Part shown: one piece after another, positions 37,644-50,093 of the stretch
Layout of the letters: each line of letters opens with the position of its first letter
How positions within the stretch are numbered: position 1 is the first letter of the stretch
Assembly (NCBI GenBank): GCA_003427395.1
Contig: BFEA01000007.1
Location: 897,080-952,480 of the forward strand
DNA length: 55,401 bases
Direction of reading: 5' to 3'
From: Chara braunii
Taxonomy: Eukaryota; Plantae; Charophyceae
Notes under the pieces: generated by a model
What the model saw: only the letters and a program-made list of their open reading frames with translations
What the model was told of the DNA's origin: nothing
The model's database searches: none
Translations under genes and position numbers: made by a program

Positions 37644-40600
37644 TGCGACCCTTGACGATGAAGGTTGTGTGTCTCAACCCACAAACCATGAATACGAAGT
37701 CCAGCTTGAACGGTAAGATACTGCATGCTGCTCGTCTTCATTCCTTTCACCGCCTATCTCCTTCAACAGCCCTCCACAATCCTCATCGTCCCCTTATCAC
37801 AAGATGTTCCATCATATCGTCATGACGAATCCAGAGGCCCCATGTAGAACACACTACAAAACGATAATTTTTCACTTGAGTAACTGTGCGACGCGGAGCT
37901 TAAGGACTACCATATCGAAAAAGTTTCCTCAACCCCCTCCTCAACCCTCCTTCCTACACCCGAACCCAACCCCACCACCCTCGAGAGAGACACCAGACTC
38001 TCCCCATCTGCTAGCTACGAAGGCAGCAACTGCCCCTCACTCCAAGATGTCAAGGCCAACAGCACGAAGGCCCCTATGGCCATCCATAGCAAAACGAAGC
38101 AATGGATGGTATGACCACACCTCGTCGAACCCGCCGACGAGTCACCATAGGGAGTTCAGGACTTCGGAAGAACGCCCATCAGCATCATAAAGCAGTAGGG
38201 TGAAGAGGGGGGGAGGAAAACCGAATTACTCCGCCGCAATCCTCGCGGTCCACCATCACCCCCTTCCTTAACGGCTCGCTTGCTCCGCCTCATGACCTTC
38301 GGCACACCCATTCTCTGTTGGGAAGGCAGCCACACAGCCTCCAATGCTCCTCCAACGCGCTGCGGTGTCGCCGCCAGGTTCTTTCGCTGGGCCGGTAGCA
38401 CAGCGCCGCCGGACACCTCCCTGTTCACGTCATTTTTCCCAACGTTCCTTCTGCACTCAAGGGTTTGCTCTTTTGACTTTGAGAGCTGCAACCCCAAACC
38501 ACCCAGCCGATGTTGGGAGCTGAAGTACAGGTGTGTTCAGCATCAAGCCCGGAAGCTTTGCAAGGAGGTTGCCGAGTCACGATTTCCCATAACAACTTGT
38601 ATTGGCAGACCCCAGACTGAGGAGTCTGACCTCGATCCCTACTGCGTGAGTAATGTTGAGTTTGAGGAGTACTTCGACTCGACTAGGATGCACCTCAAGA
38701 TTGAGATACTGATTACGGGGAGGCGACTTCGAAGGAGGGCAGTTCTGCGGCGTATTGCTTACCTTCTTGCTCGGTATTTGTTGGATGGAGACTACATCCA
38801 TTTCTATATGTCCGAGGGGAAGAAACCAAAGGATGTGGCGGCCCCCTAAAAGGAACAGGGACCAGTCCCTTATCCGCGAGATGGGTGAAGCCACCTCCTT
38901 GGCTTTGAGTTTGCCATGCAAGCTTTCAGGAAGAATCTCGACCAGGATCGATATCTTGAATCCTCCTATGACTACTTTCGAGGACAGGGGTGCATTGAGG
39001 TTCTGATTGGGGCAAGCATTGGCATCTCCTTGGCCGAGGAATTATACCTAAGGAGATTGTCAGGTGCCTGGCCCTCTTACTTCAGATCGACCTGGCGACT
39101 ACTTTGGACATCATTTACCAAAGTCGATGGCAACGATTATCCCATTTGTGACAGAGGAGCAGGGGGTCCCCAAGGCGGAGTCTCATACCAAAGAGATGAC
39201 ACATAAGGGCCTCCCTCTTATCATCCTAGATTGAGGTTACTACCTTGGTACTGCGATGTATTTTTTTATTGACTCGTTATGATCTCTCAGTGATTGCAGC
39301 CATCCAGTGGCTGCTCCCTGCATTCTTTATGTACTATTGATTAGTCTTGTATCAATTGGTCATGATCTTGCATTGTCTGGCTTCTGGCCTCCTTACCTTG
39401 TATTTGTCTCTTGTCTTACGAGTCGTGGACTGGTAAAAGGGGAACTTCATCAATTCAAACATTTACACTCAACGCCTTTCAAGGATTCCTTAACTCTGAG
39501 GACTTTGAGTCTGACCTTTACACGGGGTCAGGCGCATGTGACAAACCGAATGCCTAGCTGTAAGTCGTGTGGCCACTGGCAGGAGGGGTATATAGTTTAT
39601 AAAAGGAAGAGGCAATCTGACCAACAGGTCCCACGCCCTGAAGCTGGTACCAGTCCTGTTCTTAAATTAGTGTGGGACTTCACTAATTTTAGAGCGGGAC
39701 TGGGACAAGCACGGTTCGAGGGAACCAGACAGTCAGCCCCGTAATAAAAACAGCATGGGATCTAAAAATAGACCGGAGCTGCGCTAAAAATAGCCCATGA
39801 TTTATCGGGGTGCAATGAGGCAGCATGCGAATGATAGATTGATGGGAGGAGTACAAAAAACAACAAGGGAGGTCACTCCAGCCGCCCAACAGTCATGGGG
39901 GTCAGACGCTCCCCCATGCACTCCCCCCCCCTTCCTCATGGGCTGATCGCCTGCGCAGACCACATGCGGGCCACTCGATTGCTATACAACGGAAAGGGGA
40001 AGGGGAAGGGCGGGAATGGAGGATCCCATTGGACAACCTATCTTCTGTGGGTGCCTTCTTCGTGACAAAACTCCTGACCCCAAAGTAATTAATCTAAAAG
40101 GGGTCAAATCCCTTCCAGCAGGCAAGGTCAGGGACAGGAATGAACTGTACACACGCCACGCCAGCAACTGGGTCTTCCATGACGATGCCGCTTTCAAATC
40201 CACCAATGACAAAATAGGATGGATACGGAAACGGCTTGCCTCTCTTCAAGGAAACATAGAGGAGGCGCAAGATCTGTTTCTTCTCCAGCCCATCTCGTCC
40301 ACCACAATCACTGTTATCTGTAGATATGAGGTGGACATTGGACAAACAAACGATGGACAAGTGGAAATCGATACGTTGTGAGAGGTCGGAGGTGCGCATC
40401 TACCCATGGTCCCCTCCGAAACCACAACGTCCAGAGGAAAGGAGGGAGAAAATGATGTCGGATAACTTCTGGGTCGAGTTTCGGCACATCCCCATTGAAA
40501 TCCAAGCAGCCTTGTTCATGATTTCGGGGAGAAATACGACATTATCGACTTCATCGATCCACTCCCCCACCACATTGCCAGAAGGGATGATTACCTCATG

Positions 40601-42697
40601 CTTGCAATAAACCTTTCTGAGAGGCACCCCTTCTCGGTGGACGACATCATCCCATTTCGGGTTGGTGACAAGGACTACAAGATAAACACGGCCCACAAGC
40701 TTCAATCTTGGTGCTTTAAGTGTTAAGCTTACGGCCACCTTTACACCGACCCGACATGCTCCCATCATCCTGTTAATCAGGTCAGAGTCACGGGGCGGCT
40801 CATCCAAGACCCTTTCAGAAGCACGCATTGGCGCACTGTTGACCCGGGGCACGAAGGGTGGGTCTATGCCGACAAGACTGACAAGGAAGGGAAAACGATT
40901 GGTTGGATATGGGACAAAACGGGGGAATCCAACATGGGCTCTAAACCCCCTCCTACCTGGACCCCTCCAAGGACGGTGGAATCTCACCTGCAGCTGCTGG
41001 CGACCTCCATCGTTCCTCAGGGGTTAGGAGGCTCGACGGAGCAAGGCAAGCAAGGGGGGAAGCAGCTAGGTCCAGCTCCGGAAGGGTATCTGAAGGATCA
41101 GGGGAGCCCGCCACAACCAACCGCCCCGAAAAAAGGGAAGCGAGGTAGAATTCTGCCGGATATGGATTGGAACAAAGGGACAACAGCAAACAGGTTCTCC
41201 CTGTTGGCCACAGAAGCAGCAGGGTCAAGTGAAGGGGAAATAATATCGTCAATAGTTTCGGATGGACCAGAGGGGGGAGAGGTAGCGTCTTCAGAAGCCA
41301 CGTCCCAAAAGGTGTGTCAGTCTCAACAACCCCAGAATAGCGGGGAGGAAAACAAATCGCATCCTGCCAACCACAAGCATTCTAACATGCTCATAGAGGA
41401 CCCATATGCGAACGTGTTGGAGTGGTGTGGGGAAGGGGGAGACAACTTGACGCCCCTCGAAATCATTCAGATCCCCACCCCCTCCATACTCAAGATTACA
41501 GACTAGATTATGACAGGTTTGCAATCTTGGTACACTGAGGCCCCGACAGTGTTCTGGCCTCAGGCCCATGCACAATTAAACGGTGCCCTTGAGAGCAGCA
41601 TGACGGTGAAGAGCATTCTGGAATGGGGTCCGTCTGACCAAAATCAATGGCCTGAGATTCTCCAGAGACTGTTCAAAATCTTTGTCGCACACTTCCAGGC
41701 ACCGCCAATGGGAACACAGACAACACCATCCCTCCAGCCAGCCAATCCCTCCGGTGAACAGCCGAGTGGTAGTAAGGGTCTGCAGCAGCAGCATACGGAT
41801 TGCCAAGGGGCACGGGTAAAGGAGGTACAGCCAGAGAGGAAGGAGAAGGGGGCCTGGGAACAAAAGGAAATATCTATTCAAAGAGAATCCACCGTGAAGG
41901 ACTACCTCGAAGATGCCTTTGGCCCACAACCAATGGAAATTGAGGAGCCTTCAGCCACTTCCCCCCCCCCCCGGATGTGACCGCAATGGACATAGACCAA
42001 CAAGAGGACACCAACGCCCCCCCGACCGACATGGACATGGAACTTAAACTCAGGACCATTGCCGACTGGCTGATAGACGGCTTCAGAGCCCAAAATCTTG
42101 GTGCCACACAGGACTTTTGGGACAGCTCTTACACCCAGCTCTTTACCCTATTAGATAAGAGCCCCACCCTGCGTAAGCGCCGTAAGGCCCTAGACGAGGG
42201 ATCTCCCCCACATATCACCTGGTCGGAAGTTTTCCAGTGGATCCGCCACCTGGCTGCCCAACAATTCCAACCCCCTGTGCAAGAACAAAATTCTCAGGGA
42301 GAGGGAGGAAGAGGTCAACCAATGGCCCAGGTCGATCCCCACACTAGCCAGCCCCGTCACAAAAAAAACAGATACATGGTGGAAATAGGACAAGACGAGA
42401 AGAACCTACTGCAGAAAGATGGGGTGACAGTCATTCCGCTGAGGTTTGCAGATGATAGGATGGAGATTGGCCTCTCTCTGGTGCAAGGAGGTTCACGCTG
42501 CTAGGATGGGGCTTTTACAACATCTGGTCCCTCCCTGGCCTGCGTGACAGCGACTTTAAGAAAAAGGTGGATCCTTTTCTATGCCAACACTACCCAGCAG
42601 GAATCCTAACAACCCTCCCTCAATTTGATGGACTGATAAGGGTCGCCACCACGGACTTGTATGTCCTCTTCGAGGAGGACAAGGATTCCAATTTAAA

Positions 42698-45600
42698 ATG
42701 GTTCTGCCATGGAGCACTGATGGAGCTACCCCTCCAGCAAGTAAAAGCCAACCCCTTTTGGTCAGAAGAGGACCTCCTTACATGTCTATCAAGGGTCCTA
42801 CGATACGGACTGCTGTGTACAACAGACTGGTCCGCCAAGCCATGGTCACGCGTCTAGACAGGGAGATGAAAGCAGCCAGCATGGACGAAATAGATACTTT
42901 GTACTGTAAGAATCCACAGTGGAAGCACTGCCTCCGAAACGCGGACCTCGACCTTAGGACCTTGAACGTGAACGGAGTGGCCTCCTTCAATCCCTCGAAA
43001 AGGCAAGCGATATGGGATCAGCTGAAAAAAATGGGAGGCAGGACATGGCCCGACGTCATCTGCATTCAGGAAACTCACTTAATGGACAAACCAGAACATC
43101 ATCGGACACATAATTCAATTTGGCCCCATCAGGCCTTCAAAGCGCATTCAAAGACACCAGGCTCAGCAGGGGTAGCTATCTGGATTCCGCCTGGGTCACG
43201 ATTAGAGGTGGTAAATTGGGTTGTGGATGAGGAACAGGGGAGGTGGGTATCAATTCTCGGCATATTAGAAATAGAGCTAATCAACATCTTGTGCATCTAC
43301 GCCCCTAATACTCCTACAGAGAGGGCGTCCTTTTTTACCCACCTCCAGACCCTGGCTCCTCAAGGAGTCCCACTGATCATCGTCGGAGATTTTAACACAG
43401 CACCGGACTGAGAGAAGGATAGATGGGGATCTCGTGACCCCTGCCCACATTATGTAGAAGAAGATGAGCGAATAATGGCAGACCTTTGCGAGTCCCTGAG
43501 CCTGGTGGACGCTTTTAGACTCTTACACCCGACCGCAAAGACCTACACTTGCTACCGCACCAACGACCAATTCAGACACTCAAAATCACGCATCGACCTG
43601 ATCCTGCTCTCGCAGGAAATTCCGAATGCCCTTCAACTTTCCACTATTCTCCCACAAAGCCCCCACCCCGGCCTAGACCACTGTACATGTGGGGCCATTT
43701 TCTCCTTCTGTAAGGGACCAGATCAAGGTCCCGGATACTACAAGCTCAATACCTCTCTTCTTAAAGAAGAATCATTCCTCACATACGTTCGCAACGTCTG
43801 GAACTTTTGAAAAGACCAGAAAAACTCCTTCGACTCAGAAGTGCGTTGGTTCACCAACGGGCTCTTTTTCCCAAGGACTATTCAAAATTATTGGCAAGCA
43901 GACGACATGTACAAGAAATGGATGTTCACAAAAGGTTTCACAACCTGGTTAACCAGGACAACTCAAATGATCACATCCCGGAGATTCAAAGCTTGCAGGA
44001 CCAGTTATTTTTATTAGCGCAGCATCGATGGCAGGGAATTAGAATTCGAGGTAAATTAGCGAAGTGGTCTATTGAAGGGACCATGGACTCTCATTTCTTC
44101 AGTCTAGCCTCTTTAAGATCACACTGTACCACTATCGAAGCCCTGTTGGATCCTGTTTCCGATGACTTAGCCACCACCACATCACATTGTGTAAAGATCG
44201 CCAGAACCTTTTACAAATACCTCTTTTCCTCTCATATTCCCCCGCAAAATGAGGATGACCGCTTAAGAGCACTGGAGGACTTTCTACGCCCGATGGAGGG
44301 TCTCCTCGATACAAAAAGACCATCTGGACCGCCGGATCTCCAAAGAGGAAATCTGGACGGCACTTATGCAAATGGAGGAAGAGAAAAACCCAAGCCTAGA
44401 CGGTTTTCCCAAGGAATTTTAGGGGACCATGTGGCCCTTCTTGAGCGAAGACCTAATGCGTTTCTATAGGGAGTGTGGGACTCGGGCGAGTTGGGGAAAC
44501 TAGTAGGAAAAGGGGTACTTTCCCTGCTCAACAAAAAATGAGATAAAATGAACATCAGGAACTACCGACCCATTACACTTTTGACGGTTGTATACAAAAT
44601 GCTATCAAAGGCCCTGGCCAACCGAATGATAGAAGTAATGGAGGACATCATCCACCCGGCACAGATCGGTTTTATGCGTCACCGGAACATTCAAGAAAAC
44701 ATATTTTTGGTCAATGAGGTGATCAGCCTGGCACACCAATCCAAAAGTAATGCCGCTCTCATCTTCATTGACTTTGAAAAAGCCTATGATCACGTAGATT
44801 GGTTATTCTTAGACAGATGCCTGGATCGTCTGAATTTTGGGATCAATTTTCGACGGTGGGTGCGCATTTTGCACCAGAACGCCACCACGAGTGTTCAGAT
44901 CAACGGGTCGCTCGCCCCATTGATAAGGCTTCAACGTTCAGTAAGACAAGGGGATCCCATTGCCCCCTTCTTATTCATTATCATTATGGAAGCGCTAGCA
45001 GCCAACCTCCGTCAGAGCAAGGACCTAAAAATAATTTAGATCTTCGACATCCCTGAGGAAGCAGTTCCGATCTGCTCGCTGTTCGCGGATGATCTCACAA
45101 TTTTGGCTGACGCCACACATCAGAATATGGAGGAGATTCATAGACTAATGAACCTTTTTTGTACCCTCTCTGATATGGTCGTCAAGTGGGGACAGAAAAC
45201 ACTAGGATGGTGGCTCCATCGTCAAGGGGGCCGCCCGCCGGAAGGACACCACGTCTCCTGGGCAGCCCCGGACTCCCCCATCCGGATCTTGGGAGTCAAG
45301 TTGACAGTACTAGGCAAACCCCCAGAGAACGATGGATGGTTATCAAGTCTTGTATTTGCTAAACTCTCTCAATTGAACCACGAACACACATCCCTCTTCT
45401 TTCGTGCTTTTATAATTAATAATGTAGTTTTAACCACCCTTTGGTATAAATCGGTTCTTTGGCCTCTGAGCCCAGATGCCCTAAGAACCCTGAAGAGGAA
45501 GGTGGCAACCTACTCATGGAGAGGAGACAGCAAAACCCCCCACGCTATAAGTAGAGTGGCGTGGGACTCAGTCATGCAACCCAAAGCGAAGGGAGGCCTT

Positions 45601-47486
45601 GGTATTCTGGACCTCCTCAGCCAATCCCAAGCCCTCAGTCTACAATGGGTGTTACGTCTGATCTTCGACAACCCTTCAGTGTGGAGGCCGCTCGCACTAT
45701 AACAAATTGCCCATCTTGCCCCCGAGGCCCCAAGGCCGTCCACCCCCTCCAGTGGTTAGACGACCGCTATTGGAAGATTCCGCGGTGTCCCCGGGGAATG
45801 GTAGGGAGGAGAGACGATTTCTGGCCCCGTTTGCTAAAAATATGGAGGAAGCTTCTCCCCCTTAATCGCCCACCTCCAGACAGGTGGGAAAAGGTGGCAA
45901 GACAACCCCTCTTTGGAAACCGTTGGATCACCAACGAACAGAGCCATATTTTTTGCAGCTCCGACTCCCCATGGAAAGGATGGGTGAAGAATGGCGTGAC
46001 AAAAGTTGGCGACTTCTGGGACAAGGAAAGGAAGGACTGGAAGAGCCCGGAGAGGATGAGGGTGGAACTAAGGTACTGCCACAATGTTGAGATAGCACTT
46101 GAGGAAATAACGGAGGCCCTCCCGGTAGGGTGGTGGCCCATCCTACGCAAAGGACGGGTGCTGAAGGAGGGGGACTGGGTGGCCAAGGAAGGGAAGGGAA
46201 ATAAGGTCGGCCTGGTCCACATGACCCGATCGAAGGAGACGCTGATTGAATGGTTCAGTGTAGAAAGGAATGGTAGACTGGCAGGAAGCCGTGATCCCTT
46301 CCAATGGGTTTAGAAGGACGAATTACACAGAATTCGGGTGCTAGAGGATGGTGAGAACATGCGGGCTTTCTTTCCTGAAATAGCCATAGAGGCCCTCCCC
46401 ATTGATCCTTTGGAATGAGTCTCGAACTCTGATCCACGGAACAGACTAAGGCAGCCCAAATTTAAAACCTTGTCCGGACTCACAGTCAAAGCAGCATATT
46501 GCATGCTCAGAGTTAAACGCTGCCTTAAAGACACAGTGGTCGATCGATGGCAAAGGCACCTCAACATAGAACGTCATCTTCATGCTCAGAGTTAAANATA
46601 GAACGTCATCTTCATGCTCAGAGTTAAACGCTGCCTTAAAGACACAGTGGTCGATCGATGGCAAAGGCACCTCAACATAGAACGTCATCTTCTTACACCC
46701 ATACAATGATTCGGTGACACTAAGTGTAAACCAGCGAAAATCACATCACTACAGTGGCAGATCCTGCATCGGTGCCTTCCCACCAACAATTGGTTGATTG
46801 ATCACTCACAGCTAGAACAACAAGGTCGAGCGCTCCCTTGGTGCGATCGATGCCAACAGGGTTTCCAGGCTAGAAAGAGAGCAGAAACAATCGAGTACAT
46901 ATTTCTACAATGCCCCGCCGCCGTTCTTACCTGGAGGTGGTGGGATAGGGTGTGGCACGAGATGGTCCCCGGGCACCCATGGCCGTGGGATTGGCGTGCC
47001 ATCTTATTGGGACATTACCCACCCTTCCAAGACGACACCTTTGTGTTGAACATGTTTCACCTGGCCCGAACGATTATGTGGGTCCTGTGGTGGCAACGAT
47101 GCGTCTTGACTTTAGACCACGTTCGGGTAGAGGGTGAAGAAAGGCTGGAACAACTCAAAGAACACTTCCAACTGGAACTCTCTCATAGATGGAAAAGATT
47201 GAAGCAAACACTTGACAACCTCCATAGAGTCACTGACATCCGAGAACGGCTCCGTCAATTCTCTAGGGAGTGGCTGGGTGGGGACCGGGAGGGCTGGGTA
47301 GAGGAAATACGCTGGTCAGGGTTTTGGGATGGAGGGGGGGGCGACCTCCGAGAGCAAGTGCCTAGGGACTACCAACTGAAATTTAAAGACTGGCTGACTG
47401 TAGACCCCAGTTTCCCCATGCGTCCTGCAGAAGAGTTTCCAGACCTGTTCCCTCCCCACCCACATGCCTTGGAAATATGGCTATAG
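42698..47486 (+). pseudogene. LINE ORF2 (endonuclease / reverse transcriptase / Zn finger), interrupted by stops and frameshifts
   Basis: Colinear ORF fragments 42698-43411, 43475-43810, 43807-44469, 44548-45039, 45103-45702, 45561-46313 and 46794-47486. Confidence 0.93.
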
Positions 47487-48205
47487 CTGACCAACAAGTC
47501 CCCAACGTTATGATGCAGCCAAGGTCCCGTTCTCCTTTTCCTCTTCCTTTTACTGTCTCTCTCCCTTTTCTTGCATCCCTGTCTAGGTAGTAGCCTGACT
47601 CGCAGTCTCTCTGTTTGCCTTTTTGGTGATCCCCACCTGGTCTAGTCATTTTATGTCCGTTTTTTCTCATCTTTTTCCTTCTGTTCTCTTCCGCTCTGGT
47701 TAGTCTGTTAGTCTGTGTTTCAGCTTGACTAGGTGGCAGTCTGTTTTTTTTCAGTGTGGCCCAGCCTATTTCAGTTTCAGTAATTTTTCATTCTGTTTTT
47801 TTCAGTGTGGCCCGGCCTATTTCAGTTTCAGTAATTTTTCGTTTAAGTCAGAGACTTTCCTTTTCTACTACATTCGAATGGGCATCCCTCTGCAAGCTCC
47901 AATACTCTGTTCAGATGCAGTGTGGGTGTGTGGCAGCAAGGGGGTCGGTTAGAGAAGAGGATCGAGGGGCGGTCTCTTTTGGGAGATGGTGCAGGGAAGA
48001 CGATGGAGTCCCCACTGGTGCCCCCCAGTGGCTCCTCCCAGATCCCTGACTAGGTACAGGGTTGGAGAGGGTGATGGCGACCATCTTGCTTCCACTTTCA
48101 CACCTGCTCAGTCAATCCGCTGGTCTCCTGAGCAATCAATGCTGGCAGGTTCCCTCCAGACATCATTCAATTTTCCTTCTTTACCATGCCGAATCTACTA
48201 TGTAA

Positions 48206-48258
48206 GGGACGCTGGACCCGTTTTCCAGCAGGTGACGCTCCCCACCAATAGATGGAAC
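48206..48258 (+). other. Tandem-pseudoknot module in the 3' UTR of the large LINE
   Basis: 52/53 identical to 13871-13923 although most of the two 3' UTRs do not align by eye. Followed by the stem GTGCTAGCG/CGCTGGCAC and poly(A). Confidence 0.75.
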
Positions 48259-48372
48259 CTCCCCCCGGGTGCTAGCGATGTCTGTTCTAACAGCACCGCT
48301 GGCACTGTAGGGTTTAAAAAAAAAAAAAAAAAAGCACTGGAGGGTTAAAAAAAAAAAAAAAAGACTGCTAGA

Positions 48373-48555
48373 GTAGGCAATTTTTAGGCAGCTCACACAT
48401 CCGTACAGACACCACAGACATCAAAGGTGTTTTATCTCATCTTGTACTCATGCATTCATGTATACATGTATCCAAGGGACGCTGGACCCGTTTTCCAGCA
48501 GGTGATGCTGCCCACCAATAGATGGAGCTTTTTTTGTGTAAAAAAAAAAAGAAAG
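48373..48555 (+). mobile_element. Short retro-insertion with pseudoknot module (48476-48528), A tail and 14-bp TSD
   Basis: AAAAGACTGCTAGA at 48359-48372 and 48556-48569. Confidence 0.85.
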
Positions 48556-49529
48556 AAAAGACTGCTAGACTGGGCCTGCACACAGGACTGGCACAGGCCC
48601 GATTCTGAAAGCCAAACAGTCGGGCCGGTGCTAAAATTAGTGTGGGACCCCATAGGGTCTTAAGCCTTTGCTCCCGTGGCCGTTTCGGGCCGTCCCTTCT
48701 TCAATCTGGTCATATGACCACGTTGGTTCAGTCCTAAACAGCCATCCTCACTTTTCTTCTTCGTCTAATATCCGTTTCCAATGCTGCTTTAACCCATCCC
48801 TACTAACTTAACTCTTTTGGTTACGACGGTTCGACCCAAATGTCGTAATTTGGCCTCTTGGACCGCAGCATGGCCACGCTAACCATTCCACAGAAATGAC
48901 CAGGGGTACCGACCGGCGTGTCAATAGCTTTGACACGACCCGGAGGCTGACCGCGATAAGTCGACTACTATTGACGTGGTGAGTCGGCCTCCAACAGTAT
49001 AATGTTGTGTCTTGTGGCCCAGTACAGGTCCGAGGATCGTGTCGCGGTTACCGTACTGCTTTGGCCCTGCCTGTTTTTGGGCCTACGGGTAGTAACCATA
49101 CCCTCAGCCTGGCCCCACAAGCCTGGCCCCACTGTACAATACCGGACTACAGGCCCTGCCTGCCTGCCTGCCTGCCTGCTAGGATCCAGCCCTCCATATT
49201 CTTGTACTCTGATTTTTCCGTCTTTGGTTTTGCCGTTGCTTTGTGCATCTCATGCCGTCGCAATGCTGTCAAGGTGTGCTGTGTGACGTGCATCCCACCT
49301 CGCTCGCCATCACCATCACCATCACCTGCTTGAGTGATCCAGCTCCTGCAGTACCGCTCCACTGGGCAAAAAATTGAGTGCACGGACTTTGGCGATTTTT
49401 CGCACGCAGAGTTCCGAAGACAAAATTCTGAAAACAAACATTCCAGGGGAGGGGCTAAATGCAAATATGGAATCGGACATGAGGTGGTGAGTTTCCTGGG
49501 TGTCAGAATTTCCTACCGAACCGGTGGGA

Positions 49530-49590
49530 ATGAATATTCTGGGAGTGAATATCCAAGGCCTGGGAGTGAAAAGCATCTCCTAAGATACCC
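49530..49590 (+). pseudogene. Possible start of another LINE endonuclease
   Basis: MNILGVNIQGLGSEKHLLR resembles the APE N-terminal (S/W)NxxGL motif. No further motifs were seen. Confidence 0.3.
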
Positions 49591-49909
49591 TTAATTGCTG
49601 GAGGACAACGCTCGTGATGTCCACTTTTCAGGAATGTGTTGTTCTGTGCTCTGGTACCTTTTCTCCTCTGAAAGTGTTGTCCTATTTGTTTGCGAAACTT
49701 GCCAAAGCTGACAAGCAAGTGCAAGATGCTTTTCAAATAATCTGATCCTTTCTTCCTATTCCGAATATGTCCCTGGTGTGTGAGAACAACACCTGGTGTG
49801 AAGCACGACATCTGAGGGTTGGACACACACGTCATCAGACACGAATTCCCCTCCATTTGTGCAGATTTCAAACTTCCCTGTAGTCACCATCAGAACACTT
49901 TCCTCTTCT

Positions 49910-50093
49910 TCAGAGAAAAGAAATGAGGTATCAAAGGGACGCTGGGCCCGGTTTCCAGCAGGTGATGCTCCCCACCAATAGATGGAGCAGCCCGTCAGGC
50001 AAAGCCTCGATTACGGTGGTGCTCTTACCACCACCGGGATAGAGGCCTTGCACAAGGGCTTTTTCTTTATTAAAAAAAAAAAACAAAAAAAAA
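49910..50093 (+). mobile_element. 184-bp retro-insertion: pseudoknot module (49936-49988), stem-loop and A tail, with 16-bp TSD
   Basis: AACACTTTCCTCTTCT at 49894-49909 and 50094-50109. Confidence 0.9.

Larger units (their letters stand above)
39842..48362 (+). mobile_element. Near-full-length decayed L1/Tx1-clade LINE
   Basis: ORF1-like region (VRIYPWSP...FWVEFRHIP; knuckle CFKC*AYGHLYTDPTC at 40712-40759). APE (TLNVNG, CIQETH, IYAPN, VGDFN, SRIDLI, LDH). RT (NYRPITLL, IDFEKAYDHVDW, RQGDPIAP, LFADD at ~45080-45093). Zn finger C..C...ETIEYIFLQC. 3' UTR and poly(A). The 5' boundary is approximate. Confidence 0.93.

Noticed and set aside
46502-46691. 79-bp tandem duplication inside LINE ORF2
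   Set aside because: Identical copies straddle a single N at 46597, typical of an unresolved contig join, so it cannot be treated as biological.
48206-48258. HDV-like, pistol or hammerhead ribozyme as the identity of the module
   Set aside because: I could not fit the HDV nested P1/P1.1/P3 topology with its J4/2 catalytic C, the pistol P2/P3 junction, or the hammerhead CUGANGA/GAAA core. It is also at the 3' end rather than the 5' end. Self-cleavage remains untested.
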